Notes: generated by a model not told the origin, from the letters alone. Counted from the stretch's first letter, positions 1 through 12,356 are shown. The stretch: 64,000 nt of DNA from Orbicella franksi (GCA_964199315.1 OZ116698.1:24056001-24120000), one strand, 5' to 3'. Program-made: numbers and translations.

Positions 1-159
1 CGAATTACACACTCTTGTTCTCCATGAAAGATATTGAACTATACACAAGCAGCGGTTCACTACTTATCAAAGCATAAATTTGCCAATTATTGTATACATT
101 CTTTAATTGAATATATTTTGCAATTACAAAAATAATATAATATTTATTATATACAAGAA

Positions 160-960
160 ATAACACCTTATTATCCTCATAAAGTAAAATTAAGTAAAGG
201 ACAATTAGAAAAGTTTTAAAAAGCTTAAAAAAACAATATCCCAATAAGTGTTCGACTTTATAACAATGAGTTGACTGGACCCAATCAACTAATGCTCACA
301 AACACTCAAATAAATAAATAAAAAAAATCAATGGCAAATGGAACAGGCTAAGACATTAAAATAAGTAAAAGTCAGATTAGAAAAGCAGTGAAACAGGGCG
401 GATATCTATGGTCTAATTTAATTTCGCTTGGAACAAAAATGCTTCCAATGGCAACGAATTTAGCTTCTAAAGTGCTTCCAGGTCTTGCTACTGGAGCTCT
501 TGGATCAATTGGTAATTTCACAATGGATAAAATACTTGGCCAAGGTATTTCTCAAACAGGTGGTCTCCTTATATCTGATTCCAAAATACAGCAGTTAATT
601 TAATATAAACATCTACTAACACAAGAACAAAAAAGGACATTTTAAATGCTCTTTAAACTGGAGGCACTCTTTATATCAAACCAACTCAAAAACAGATAAA
701 TGGTGGCTTTCTCGTAGTTTTGAGTTCGGTTGGTATCCCCATTACCATCGATTTCCTTTAAAAAATGTTTGGAAAAGGCTTGAGTGTTCCTAACAGATCT
801 TTTAGCAGTGGCAAAAATTCAGGTCAGGGTCTATCTGTTTCCCCAAGACCTAATATGCTACCATTTCAAAGTCCATCTGTATGTGGTGGATGGCAAAACA
901 CAGTTGGATATGGTGTTGAAACCAAAAAAAAACCTCAGAAAGCTTCAGAATTGATTTTAG
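160..960 (+). pseudogene. Polinton/adintovirus putative core/structural protein with GG cleavage-like motifs (broken)
   Basis: Read across stops: VKLSKGQLEK...LTGPNQLMLTNTQI...IKISKSQIRKAVKQGGYLW...LPGLATGALGS...QTGGLL...QINGGFL...MFGKGLSV...GQGLSV. Repeated xxGG/GxGL motifs resemble adenain cleavage sites. The family name is inferred. Confidence 0.55.
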
Positions 961-977
961 GCCCCAATTTCACCTCT

Positions 978-1110
978 AAAAGGAATACTGCTTTATTGTA
1001 TTTCGATAGTTTTGGTATGCATTATAGTAACGAATTTCAAAACAGGGCTAAAAGAGATGGTATGAAGGTTATTTACAATAACAATCCTTACCAAAATATT
1101 AAAGCAGTCA
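978..1110 (+). pseudogene. Adenain-like (Polinton) cysteine protease, internal fragment
   Basis: TALLYFDSFG...EF...VIYNNNPYQN matches the YFDSFG...YN...Q segment of Polinton proteases. The catalytic His (upstream) and CG-x-x-C (downstream) segments are missing. Confidence 0.65.
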
Positions 1111-1466
1111 GTCATATTCAATCAAAACTAGGAGAACTGCATACGCGTACACTAGAAGGCAAAAAATACAATTATTGTGGCCCTGGAACTAAATTAGAAG
1201 AGAGATTGGCTTCCGACGATCCTAAATATAGAGATCCAATTAATAATCTTGATAGCATGTGCAAACAACCTGATAGTGATTATAGAATGCAACATCACTT
1301 GCCGACAAACACAAAGCAGATGATCTTATGCTTAAGAGAATATCAGAAATACCATATATGCAACGACCTTGGGGAACTACAGCTGTTCAAGCTATGATCG
1401 CCGGTAAAAGAAAGCTTGGAATTGGTGTTAAACAGAGCAAAAAGAAGCCAAAAAAAAAAAGGTAAA
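1110..1466 (+). pseudogene. Parvovirus-VP1-like phospholipase A2 domain protein (adintovirus PLA2X type), frameshifted
   Basis: YNYCGPGTKLEERL...PINNLDSMCKQPDSDY shows the Ca-loop YxGPG, with the HD motif degraded to PD. After a frameshift near 1285: DKHKADDLML...AVQAMIAGKRKLGIG, stop near 1466. Confidence 0.75.
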
Positions 1467-1470
1467 AAGC

Positions 1471-3480
1471 TGTCGAGTAAAGAAATAAGTTGGCAACGAC
1501 CATTAGCAGATGAATTATATAAACCCATAAAGCGTAACTTTACTCCACAGCATGTTATTGCAAATCATATTCATTTTGATGAAATATGGCGTTCTGACCT
1601 TACTGAAATGCAACAATTCAGTAAATGGAATAAGGGCTACAGATATCTTCTTATGGTCTTAGATGTGTTTAGTAGATATGCTTGGATTGTACCATTGAAA
1701 GATAAAAAAGGTGAATCTGTTGCTGAAGCATTTAAAACATCTCTAAGGGAGGTGGAAAACCACAATATTTATGGACAGACAAAGGTAAAGAATATTATAA
1801 CAAACACTTGAAAGACTTCTTAGACAAAAATAAAATAGCATTGTACTCAACAGAAAATGAGGAAAAGTCATCTGTTTGTGAAAGATGGAATGAAACCATT
1901 AAGACTAAAATGTGGAAGCAGTTTACTGTTCAAGGTAATACACAGTATTTAGACATCCTACCCAAAATATTGAAACAGTATAATAACACTAAACACAGTT
2001 CAATAAAAATGACACCTTTGGAAGCAAGTAAAAGGAGCAATCAAGGAACTCAGGGGGGGGGGGGGGGGCAGTTGCCCCCGCCAGGAAAACTAAATGTTTT
2101 TGTTTTTTCTAACATAGTGTTTGATTTTGCTGGGCTATTTCTTGTAGCTATATTGGTCCGAAATCTCAAGAAAACTGACTAATTACCTTAAAAATCTCCC
2201 TTCAATGTAAATTCCGAATAATTATTTTGGAAAATCGTTAGAGGCAAAAGCCAGTACGAGTTTTCTTATGACAACAATGACTATGTAATTTGGGCTGCCT
2301 GGGGTTTAGAATTTGGTGGGAAACAGTTGATGCGTGTTTCTTGCCAACGTTTGCAAAACGTTTCTCTCTCAATCCACTGGGAAAAAGTCGGGAGGAAAGC
2401 GCTGGGCTCCCATTCAACGAGGTATAATGGACTTCTTTAATGCCAAAAAAAGGTAAGTATCAAACTACAACATGTGTTATTTAATACATCTAATAGTTGC
2501 CTTGTTTGATGTGTCATTCTTAGCTCCTTGTAGTATGAAAATCAGTGAGCCACTTCACAGTTTTGTAGATTGGACAAAACAACGTGGCAATTTAACCAGA
2601 ACGGACTTCATTCCCACTTTAAAAGAGATCTATGACATGAAGTCAAATTGGAGAAGAATCTAGAATGGCCTAATATAGACTCGTGTTTGAGACTTGGTAT
2701 TCTGATAGCAAAACCTGCAGTTTTAGCTCAGTCCCTTCAAGCCAATCTCTGTTCAAACTAATGAAAGCTTTCAACCCATTTTTGAAACCATCCATACAAA
2801 GTGGTAAACTGCTGTTCACAGTATAGCTTGAGTTAAAGATGGGATATAAATCATCATTGTGTAGCAGAGACCTTGGGGGCAATTTCAAACTTAACAAGGT
2901 GTTTATGCCATAATAAATCATGACAATTTAAAACAAAAAGCATCAGTGTGGTTTGTTTCCTCAAAGGTTGTAGAGGCAACCTTCTGTGTAGGGGTGAAAA
3001 CAAAATGTCCAACTAGAAACCCTTTCTGTATACGGGAGACCCCTGTGAAGGTGTGCTGAGTTTGCCCCTGCAGACAAAAAAACATACGGTAGGTACCGCC
3101 CTGAGGAACTGTTTATTTTAATTTATATGGAGACATAGAACAAGTTAGATCTAACCCAAATTCAAAGTTGGTGATAAGGTTAGGATAAGCAAATATAAAA
3201 GAGAGATTTTTGATAAAGGATATACTCATAACTGGACTGAGGAGATACTCATGGTTGACAAAATACAATACACAAATCCAATAACTTACAAACTAAAAGA
3301 CTTGAATAATGAAGAAATAAAAAGCAGCTTTTACTCGCGAGAACTAATAGAAGCCAAACAGGATGTATTCAGAATTGGTAAAGTAATCAAAAAGAAACAA
3401 GCTCTTGTACTGTAAAATGGAAAGGATATAGTGATGATTTTAATAGCTGGATATCATTTAAGAACTTGCAATCTATATAA
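1471..3480 (+). pseudogene. Polinton retroviral-like (rve) integrase with C-terminal chromodomain, frameshifted and split by an insertion at 2051-3103
   Basis: LADELYKP...DEIWRSDL...LDVFSRYAW...WTDKGKEYYN...EEKSSVCERWN (D,D,E). It resumes at 3104 with GTVYFNLY...KFKVGDKVRISKYK...FDKGYTHNWTEE...VKWKGYSDDFNSW, ending at TAA 3478-3480. Confidence 0.9.
2051..3103. mobile_element. Non-autonomous cut-and-paste DNA transposon (hAT/P-like termini)
   Basis: Termini CAGGG...CCCTG, flanked by direct repeat AGGAACT (2044-2050, 3104-3110). Removing it restores the integrase reading QGTVYFN. Confidence 0.8.
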
Positions 3481-3488
3481 AATTTTAA

Positions 3489-5620
3489 GAGTGTTTCCAT
3501 GAGAAAACCAGGAGGAGGTGATACAGCCGCTCAAATCACCAATTTCACTCAAACTTGGCACAAATGTGGGGTTTGGTGAGTAAACGATCATGGCAAACAC
3601 TTAGGTCAAAATATTTTATTCCCTTCAAGTTAGGAGGACCCCCTCCAAAAATGGCCATTTGTCACTAATTTGTGCATATTTAATTAGCTGTGTTTGATTT
3701 AGTATTTCTTCAACAAGAAAGGCCATGTGAAAATGAAATCCACTGAATCATGTTCTACTATTATCAGTCTCAAAGCACAGATATTCATTTGAACTAGACA
3801 ATTTTATTTCTCTCTGTGGCTCCATCTTAAGTGAGGTGCATATTTCGTAGTGTTGTGAATAGCCTTTAATTGATGGCAAATATCTGCACTGGGCAACAGC
3901 AAATACACATCATTCTAACATGGATAGTGAGAGCAATCAGTAAAGTTTTCAAAAAAGCCATAAAATGTTGGGGACTTCCATAATATTTTTCTGTGCTGAC
4001 ATACTGTTTATATAGGACTTAATGATTTTTGGCCATTTCATGAACATCCACTCAAACACAACTATTTTTCTTTTAGAAAGATCACTGGTGTTTTTCTTTC
4101 TATAAATATCTTTCTAAGCAATTTCCTATCAATTTTCAGTATAAATTCGGCGAAAAGAAGCACTTGAGACATTTCTTTCATATATTTCACAGCCACATGT
4201 ACATTTTGTGGCAATCTCACGATATCGAAAAATGCAGGAGAAGAAGATTCAACGCATAAGTTCCCTCAAGTTATGTTTTCAGGCGTAAAATAGAATGGAA
4301 ACAAGAAATAACTACTATATACACTTAGACGCGCGTTTCGTCATCAGAGATACCAACATTTGTCGAAACAGTTACTCAAACGGCCGTTTAAAATCCAGGG
4401 AGAGCCATCACTGGTGTTTTAACATACAGATTGCTTTTAAAATCCATCACAAAACACTCCGCCGACCACTCCGCCATCTTTAACTTAGGCGTTGAAAAGT
4501 CAGCGGTTATCTTCTTTTTAATTCGGTAGCCATGTCATGTACGGTGATCCAGATTGTACCCCTTAATATCGTTTAAAGATGGCGGAATGTTTTCTGGTGG
4601 GCTTTGAAAGAAATCTGTATGCTATAACACTTACCGCAGTGATGGCTCTTCCTGGATTTTAAGCGGGATGGCAATGGATATTCTCTTTAGACCTCGGGTC
4701 GAAGCAACGGAACAGATGACACAAAACTGAACATTTCGCAATCCAAGAATCAACAAGAGCGCAACCGCGTCTAAGTGACATGTATGTAGTAGTTATTTCT
4801 TGTTTCCATTCTATTTTACGCCTAAAAACATAAGTTAGGGGAACTTATGCGTTGAATCTTCTTTTGCCGCGTTTTATTGATATCGTGAGAATGCCACAAA
4901 ATGTAGCTCTGAATATATGAAAGAAATGTCTCAAGTGCTTCTTTTAATTTCGCCGAATTTATACTGAAAATTGATAGGAAAATACTTAGGGAGATATTTC
5001 TTGTTGATTTCAAGTTAGGTTAAGATAGAAAATGGCTTTTGTGTTTTAGTGAATGTTCATGAAATGGCCAAAAATCGTAAAGTCCTATGTAAGCAGTATG
5101 CCAGCACAGATAAAAATATTGAAGTTCCCAAACATCTTATGGCTTTTATGAGGAACTTTAGTGATTGCTCTCGCTATCCATGTTAGAATAATGTGTATTT
5201 GCTGTTGCCCAGTGCAGATATTTGCCATCAATTAAAGGTTATTCACAACACTACGAAGTATGCACGTTACTTAAGATGGAGCCCCGGAGAGAAATCAAAT
5301 TGTCTAGTTCAAATGAATACCTTTGCTCTGAGACTGATAATAGTAGAACATGATCCAGTGGATTTCATTTTCACATGGCCTTTCTTGTTGTAGAAATACT
5401 AAATCAAAGACAGCTAATTAAATATGCATAAATTAGTAACAAATGGCCACCTTTGGAGGGGGTCATCCAAACTTGAAGGGAATTAAATATTTTGACCTAC
5501 GTTTTTGCCATGATCGTTTACTCGCCAAACCCAACATTTGTCCCAAGTTTGAAAGAAATTGGTGATTTGAGATGTATCACCTCCTGCCTGGTTCTGCCTG
5601 GTTTTTTCTTGGACACACTC
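3489..5620. mobile_element. Foldback-type non-autonomous DNA transposon with about 1-kb inverted arms and TTAA TSD (Kolobok-like termini)
   Basis: TTAA at 3485-3488 and 5621-5624; ends GAGTGTTTCC...GGACACACTC. 3489-~4483 is an imperfect reverse complement of ~4572-5620. No ORF. TTAA TSD with RR...YY termini is the Kolobok signature. Confidence 0.8.
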
Positions 5621-5707
5621 TTAAATGGTAAAATTCAGGAAAATAAAATATATGCTATAATAAAGTGTATTATCGTTTGTCTCACGATGTAGTCACTTGA
5701 GATGTAG

Positions 5708-5751
5708 ATCGCGACGTTTCGACTGCTTACTGCTAGTCTTCTTCAGGCGAT
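5708..5751 (-). ncRNA. Minimal type I hammerhead ribozyme (PLE pLTR, inverted copy)
   Basis: Reverse complement of the 7097-7140 motif; core intact. Confidence 0.8.
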
Positions 5752-5913
5752 AAGGTCGACTGATTGCACGGTATCATTTATATCACAAAGGTCGGCTGTG
5801 ATTGGTGTATTTCGATCCTCCTATTGTTCCATTGTTCCGGCGAGTAGCTGTTCCCTCAGCGGTCCGCTGTTGTACCGTTCTCCTGTTGTTGTGTTTCTTG
5901 ATCGTGGGTATCC

Positions 5914-7065
5914 ATGCTTCAGTACAACGGATCGATTTACGAACAACGAGACGGCGCAGCCATGGGGAGCCCTGTATCCGCGCTTATTGCTAATCTCTAC
6001 ATGGAGATATTTAAAGAACAAGCAATAGAGTCCGCGCCTTGCAAGCCTAAGATCTGGAAACGCTACGTAGGTGATACTTTCACCATCCTGGATCGGGATA
6101 GAGTTGATGTCTTCCTGCAACACCTGAACAGTCAACAACCATCAATCCTTTTCACCATGGAGATTGAGAACAACAGCAAGATCGCCTTTCTCGACCCGTC
6201 AGTTTACAGAGAACCTGATGGCCGCCTTACCACCAGTGTCTACAGGAAACCAACACATACTGATCAGTACCTAGCGTATGATTCACACCACCCTCAGTCA
6301 GTAAAGCGCGGTATTGTGAAGTGTCTGTACGACCGGGCTAAACGTCTCGTGACCAAACCATCAGTAATCGCTGGAGAGAAGAAACATCTGTCATCTGTAC
6401 TTGTTTCTAACGGATATCCTTCCTTTTTTGTACAGAAGATCACAAAGGCGCGAACAACCCCAAGAAGAGAGCCTGTCGCGGAATTTAAATCCACCGCCGT
6501 TTTACCTTATGTCCAAGGGGTTACGGAGTCTCTCCGCCGCTGCCTAGAACAACAAGGCATTCGCACCGTCTTCAAGTCCGACACGACACTTCGGTCACAC
6601 TTAGTGCGGCCAAAGGACACTGTCAACCCGGCTAAACAAGATGGTGTTGTCTACAGGATTCCCTGTGAGTGCGGCAAAGTCTACATCGGGGAAACAGGGA
6701 GATCTGTGCAGGAGAGGATCAAAGAACACGACAGGGATATACGACTCGCCCGTACCCAGACCTCCGCCGTTTCTGAACACACCCACGAGACCGGCCACTA
6801 TCCTATCTGGAATGATGTCAAGTTTATTGATCGAGATCCTCACTGGTACACACGTAGGGTCAAGGAAGCTATTCACATAAGACTTCACCCTAATAACATC
6901 AACAGGGATAGTGGAATTGAAATTCCTGAAGCATGGATACCCACGATCAAGAAACACAACAACAGGAGAACGGTACAACAGCGCACCGCTGATGGAACAG
7001 CTACTCACCGGAACAATGGAACAATAGGAGGATCGAAATGCACCAATCACAGCCGACCTTTGTGA
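5914..7065 (+). pseudogene. PLE reverse transcriptase (C-terminal half) plus GIY-YIG endonuclease
   Basis: YEQRDGAAMGSPVS, WKRYVGDTF (catalytic YxDD mutated to YVGD), FLD, VYRKPTHTDQYL, GVVYRIPCECGKVYIGETGR...RIKEH, EAIHI. N-terminal RT is missing. Confidence 0.92.
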
Positions 7066-7096
7066 TATAAATGATACCGTGCAATCAGTCGACCTT

Positions 7097-7140
7097 ATCG
7101 CCTGAAGAAGACTAGCAGTAAGCAGTCGAAACGTCGCGAT
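7097..7140 (+). ncRNA. Minimal type I hammerhead ribozyme (PLE pLTR)
   Basis: ATCGC-CTGAAGA-a-GACT(loop)AGTC-GAAA-C-GTC-GCGAT: stem I ATCGC/GCGAT, CUGANGA and GAAA cores, GUC cleavage triplet and the very short stem III typical of PLE hammerheads. Confidence 0.85.
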
Positions 7141-7620
7141 CTACATCTCAAGTGACTACATCGTGAGACAAACGATAATACACTTTATTATTGCATCTAC
7201 CACGATGAATAACAACAACCTTTTCCTCGACAAAATATATGCTATATACATGGATAATATGATTAAATATGAATTTGATAAAGGACTCTTTTTTGGAGAG
7301 GATGAAAAAACACTTGATGCAGATTATAGAGATCTTCAATTAATGACTCATATCAACTTGTTTATGATTCATCTTAATCATAATATTAAATATACATGTA
7401 ATAACAAAAAATATGGAAAACTTTTAAACTTGACTCCATCTCCTCTTGTTTGATATTATAAACATTAAGGTAGATATATTGTTAAAGAATACACCAGAGA
7501 TGGTTATTTTAATACTGAAGGTTCTGATCGTGTAGCATTTTTTCTGTTTGATCATTACAAAGGATTAAAATTAGCTAATGATGTATAAAACATTTAAAAA
7601 TATATATATAGTATTATTAT

Positions 7621-7820
7621 ATGGAAAATAACGATAAAACTGTTAAACGAGGCAGACCATACAATATCCACACATATAGAGATAAAGAAGAAGCTGAACG
7701 AGTGACAAAAAGGCTAAAAAACATATATATGTTAAATACTCAATGGTTTTGTAATAGATGTCAGTGTGCATATATCTATGCTGGTAAAAGATCACACCTC
7801 AATACTAAAAAAACATAAGA
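7621..7820 (+). pseudogene. Small Polinton ORF: AT-hook-like KRGRP plus C2H2-type zinc finger
   Basis: MENNDKTVKRGRPY...WFCNRCQCAYIYAGKRSHLNTKK(H); the final His is reached by a 1-nt shift in an A-run. Confidence 0.5.
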
Positions 7821-10431
7821 AATGCTGAAGCTGACATGGTTGACAATTACTTATTTTGTGATATAGTTTAAATGATACATTAATATGTATCATTTAAGTT
7901 GAAATATTTAAATTAACTATAAAAATATTTTAAAAATAAAATATATATATAAATGATAAGTCTAAAATATTTGAAAGGATTTAATAATGACTTAGAATTG
8001 ATTACGGGCAGTATGTCATTAATCGTTAAATCAGATCTGGCCTATCAAAAAACATCTTGAAAGTGCTTCATCTGAGATTAAAACCATTTTTAAAGATTTA
8101 TTAAAGAAATATAAATATACTAGAATAAACTATAATGTCAAATTTGAGACGAAAGTCATTATCAGAGAAATTGTTTTTAATTATATCAAAACTGATAAAA
8201 TGAATAAAATGATTTTGGAGCACAGTGATGAATTTCAAAATGGCAAAGCTTTTACTCATTAAAAAAATAATAAGATGATTGCAATGAATCAGATGTTCAA
8301 AAAAGAATAACAAAAAAAGAACAGACAAAAAAAATGAGAGATGAATATAAAGAATATCAATTTGAAGATCATTGTGTAAAAACACAAAATGACACTTTGG
8401 ATTGTTTGATAGAAAGATCTGGATTTAAAATGAAATATTTGAAAGATTTCATTCAAAAAAAGAGAAATAACAACATACAATTGAGATCGAAATTCAAATT
8501 GAAAAATCATTTGCTCAAGATAGAGTCAACCAATAGTAAAACAGAACTTAATTGCTCTTTTGAAAAATAATGCAAAACTCAATTTACATACAACAATTGC
8601 TTATACATCTGTGTATGAAAATATGGCGGATGGATCTATATGGGTCCAAAAATGTGTGAAATCAATAAGTCTGATATAGATACTAATATAGATAGAAAAG
8701 TTAATTCAATGACTGAATATATTACAAACATCTATATCAAAGAAAAAAACAAAATACTAGTTGACATTTTTTTTACAATATCTGAATATGTCAATACGCG
8801 ATAATGATGATGGTAAAGATAAAAATCACAAATATCAATTCACTGATGAATATGCAGACCAAATCGACAAATTAAGGGGGAACAGAAGCAAATGAAAATC
8901 AATTGCATACCAAACTAGACGCTCTAAAAGCAGTGTCAAATCGTGCTTTCCGAAAACGCGTATTAGACACAATAAAAACAAATTAAAGAATTAGGATATT
9001 TTCGCAGAAGAGTTCCGCTTAGATATTTACTATTCAAGTTGCTTCGTTGAGTATCCTCCTAATCCAATCGCAAGTTCTGAGTTTAAACCATTTTGGTTCA
9101 AGAATCAAGCACAGCTGTCTACGCATTTATGGAGAACTTGTTTGCAAAGAATTTTCCAGGTCTTTATACAACTTAGGGCGATTACATTGTACATGCTAGC
9201 AGAAATTGTATGAAGTTCGTTTACTGGTCTTGGCGATCCGAGTGAATTGTTCAGCTAAACATCTTTGCCGTGTTGCGATCTTAAAACCTGTTCAAGAGTC
9301 ATGTCTCCTTTGGAGTGCGAATAGATAAACTCCTTCGCGAAAACAACAGCCCTGTGACAAGGCGCAAACTGCGTGGCACATAATTTGCATAAAATTTCAA
9401 GTTGTGTTTTTCGCGGATAACTTCCGAGAATTTGCGACCCTTAACGCAGTTTATGAAGAATATTTAACCTACACATTTTTATTGAATCAAGGCAGGAGTA
9501 TTTTTTAAAAAGGAACTCATTTATAAGGGGAGATGCGGCATTCTGTTTTGCTATTTATTTTGTTTCATACTAGTCTAGTTCGTGTCACGCAACAAGATTT
9601 TCTTTAGCAGTCAGACACAGTTTTCTGAAAGAATTGGCGATTGTTAAGACTGCTAGATATATTTGAACTACTAGTGAATAAATTTGGCTAAACTATCGTC
9701 AATGCAGATTTTCCTTAGGACTTGGCAAGAACATTGGTTCGTCAATAACCCCGCACAATTCCCCGCACAATAGAAGTTTTAATTTTCCCGCACAATTTGC
9801 CTCCAAAATCACACGTTTTTTTTTCCTGCACCCTACTAGAAAGCCAACTAACTTGGAGGTAAGATATTTAATTCAAGTTACCGAAAGTCTTATCTTTACA
9901 AATTTGGAGATCGACATAGTTCGCGCGGTGCAAGAAACAAGTCGCATGTTTTTAATGAGATACCAGTCCAAAAAGGTTTTCGTATTTAGCTCGTTTTATC
10001 GCAATATGATTTGTTTTACTGCAATGTTCTAAATAATAACAGCAGTAGCCACATGCAGTCATTGACTGCCTATTGTTTGTCAGTGTTTTCGTAGTTTGAA
10101 CTCATACCGCGATCGGCTCAATTGTTATCTAACGAGAACGTTTCGAGCCTGACCTTTGCTTACCTGGCTAGCTTTCAAGCAATATAATTCGTGGACTGAC
10201 CCTTTCCGAAAACGATCGACATCTTTCTATGCGAGATGAACGTATAAGGCGCGATTCTCACCAAAACTTTCTTCACAAAACACCGCGTTCTGTCACGAGG
10301 AGCGAGCATTGTCGCGTTTCTCGTCCCCAGTTTCCATGGTCTACGCATGGAACGCCTGGGACCATGACCCCCCTTTTGGCGACCAAAACGCTAGCATTTT
10401 ATGGCTCGGGCTTTCCTGCTGAAGCCCGAGT

Positions 10432-12356
10432 AATATTATGGAAAAATACATGACTTTTATGTTAGGTAAGCATCTCACATTTCGTGATAGTTTTCAATTC
10501 ATGAGCTCAAGTCTTGATAACCTAGTAAGCAATCTGCCTGATGATAAATTTAAATAAACATCAGAAGTCTTCAAAAAGTCTAAAAAGTTTAATCTTATGA
10601 AACAGAAAGGCATTTATTCCTATGACGATATGGGTAGCTTTGATAAATTCAGTGAGAAGCAATTCCTTTCAAAGAAGACTTCTACAGCATCCTAAATGAT
10701 GAGCATATATCTGATGACGATTATAAACATGCTAAAAAAGTTTGGATATCTTTGGATTAAAAAATTTACGTGAACATCATGATCTGTATCTCAAGTCTGA
10801 CATTCTTCTGTCAGCTGATGTGTTTGAGAACTTTAGAAAGACTCGGGGAAAGACTTGTATGCAATATTACAAACTCGAGCCTCGTAAGGCTGGGTTTATC
10901 ATGGGATGCTATGTTGAAAATGACTGATATTAAACTTGAACTGATGGTAGATGTAGATCAATATCTATTTATCGAGCATGCATTACGCGGAGGTGTGAGT
11001 TACACTGCTCATCGTTATGCAAAGGCAAATAATAAGTACATGAAAAATTATGATGAAAAAAAGCACATCACATATTTGGATTGTAACAATTTGTATGGGG
11101 CAGCCATGAGCCAATTTTTGCCGACAGGTAATTCAAATGGTTATCGGAAAAAGAAATCAGTAAAGTGAACGTAGCTGACTATAAAGAAGACAGTAAAAAA
11201 GGTCTTTTACTTGAAGTCGATGTTGATTATCCTCAAAACTGCATAATCTTCATAATGAATTTCCTCTTGCTCCAGAAAAAATCAATGTTAAAAAAAAAAG
11301 ATGTTTTGTGAATCCATAAGCTAAGACGAAAGTATAATATAACAATCGGACGAGTTAAAAAGTTAATCACGTTAATACCAACATTAAGCAACAAAGAGAA
11401 ATATGTTCTTCGAATTCGCCATCGCAATTTGCAGCTATACACTGATCTAGGTTTGAAAGTCACTAAAGTACATAGAGTATTTGAGTTCAATCAGTCTCCT
11501 TGGTTGAAGCAATACCGTATATAGATTTCAACACTCAAAAGAGAATGCAGGCAAAAAAGGACTTTTAAAAAGACTTCTTCAAGCTAATTAATAACTCAGT
11601 ATTTGGTTAAACCATGGAAAATCATAGAAAAAGAGTTGATGTAAGACTTGTAACAACTGAAAAACAACTATCAAAATTAGCTTCTAAACCAACTTATGTT
11701 AGCAGTAAAATGTTAAATGAAAATTCAGTGGCAGTTCATAAAATCAAACAAAAATTAACCTTAAACAGACCCAGTTATGTTGGTATGTTTATTCTTGATC
11801 TTTCTAAGACACTAATGTATGATTTTCATTATAATTATATTAAACAAAAGTATGGTAATAAAGCTAAACTACTATTCACAGACACAGACAGTTTGACTTA
11901 TGAAATCAGACTGAAGATGTGTATCAAGACTTTTGAGTTGATAGAGATAAATTTGATAATAGTGAATGCTAAGAAGAAAGTCCATTTTATGATAAAACCA
12001 ATAAAAATTTAATAGACAAATTTAAAGATGAAGCCATTGGTGTTGCAATAATTGAATTTGTTGCATTAAGAAGCAAAATGTATTCCTATATAATAGACAA
12101 TAATGAAGGAGGAAAAACAGCAAAAGGTATCAAGAAAATGGTGATTAAAAAAGATATCAAACATGACGACTATAAAAATACACTGGTGAACAACAAACAA
12201 ATCTATCACAGGATGAACACTATACGAAGCAATAAGCATAAACTTGGGAGTTATGAGATTAATAACATTAGTCTCAGTTGTTTTGATGATAGGCGTTACA
12301 TTCACGAAAATGGCATATACAGCTTCGCTTATGGACATTATAAAATACAAAACTAA
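10432..12356 (+). pseudogene. polB: Protein-primed type B DNA polymerase (Polinton), 5'-truncated with stops and frameshifts
   Basis: NIMEKYM...DSFQFMSSSL; KGIYSYD; [18 protein letters not shown]; RGGVS...YLDCNNLYGAAMSQFLP (motif A); FKLINNSVFG (motif B); LLFTDTDSL (motif C); KTAKGIKK; LSCFDDRRY...AYGHY, stop at 12356. Confidence 0.93.

Larger units (their letters stand above)
5660..7231 (+). mobile_element. Penelope-like retroelement (PLE), 5'-truncated, with inverted 5' pLTR copy
   Basis: RT plus GIY-YIG ORF. ~5658-5922 is the reverse complement of 6926-7191. A 15-bp direct repeat AAAATATATGCTATA flanks it (5645-5659, 7232-7246). Confidence 0.92.
5625..7588 (+). pseudogene. Small Polinton ORF of unknown function split by the PLE insertion
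   Basis: Removing the PLE and one TSD joins ENKIYAI (left) to YMDNMIKYEFDKGLFF (right) in one frame. An ATG sits at 5625 with a probable 1-nt frameshift nearby. Confidence 0.5.
1..12356 (+). mobile_element. Degraded Polinton/Maverick (adintovirus-like) element; left end outside the window, right terminus not resolved
   Basis: Co-oriented plus-strand remnants of protein-primed PolB, rve integrase with C-terminal chromodomain, adenain-like protease, parvovirus-type PLA2 domain and a GG-motif structural protein. Intronless, very AT-rich, many stops and frameshifts. Confidence 0.88.

Noticed and set aside
7973-8870. N-terminal or terminal-protein part of PolB
   Set aside because: Broken AT-rich frames that are probably Polinton-derived, but I could not recognise a diagnostic motif, so they are left unassigned.
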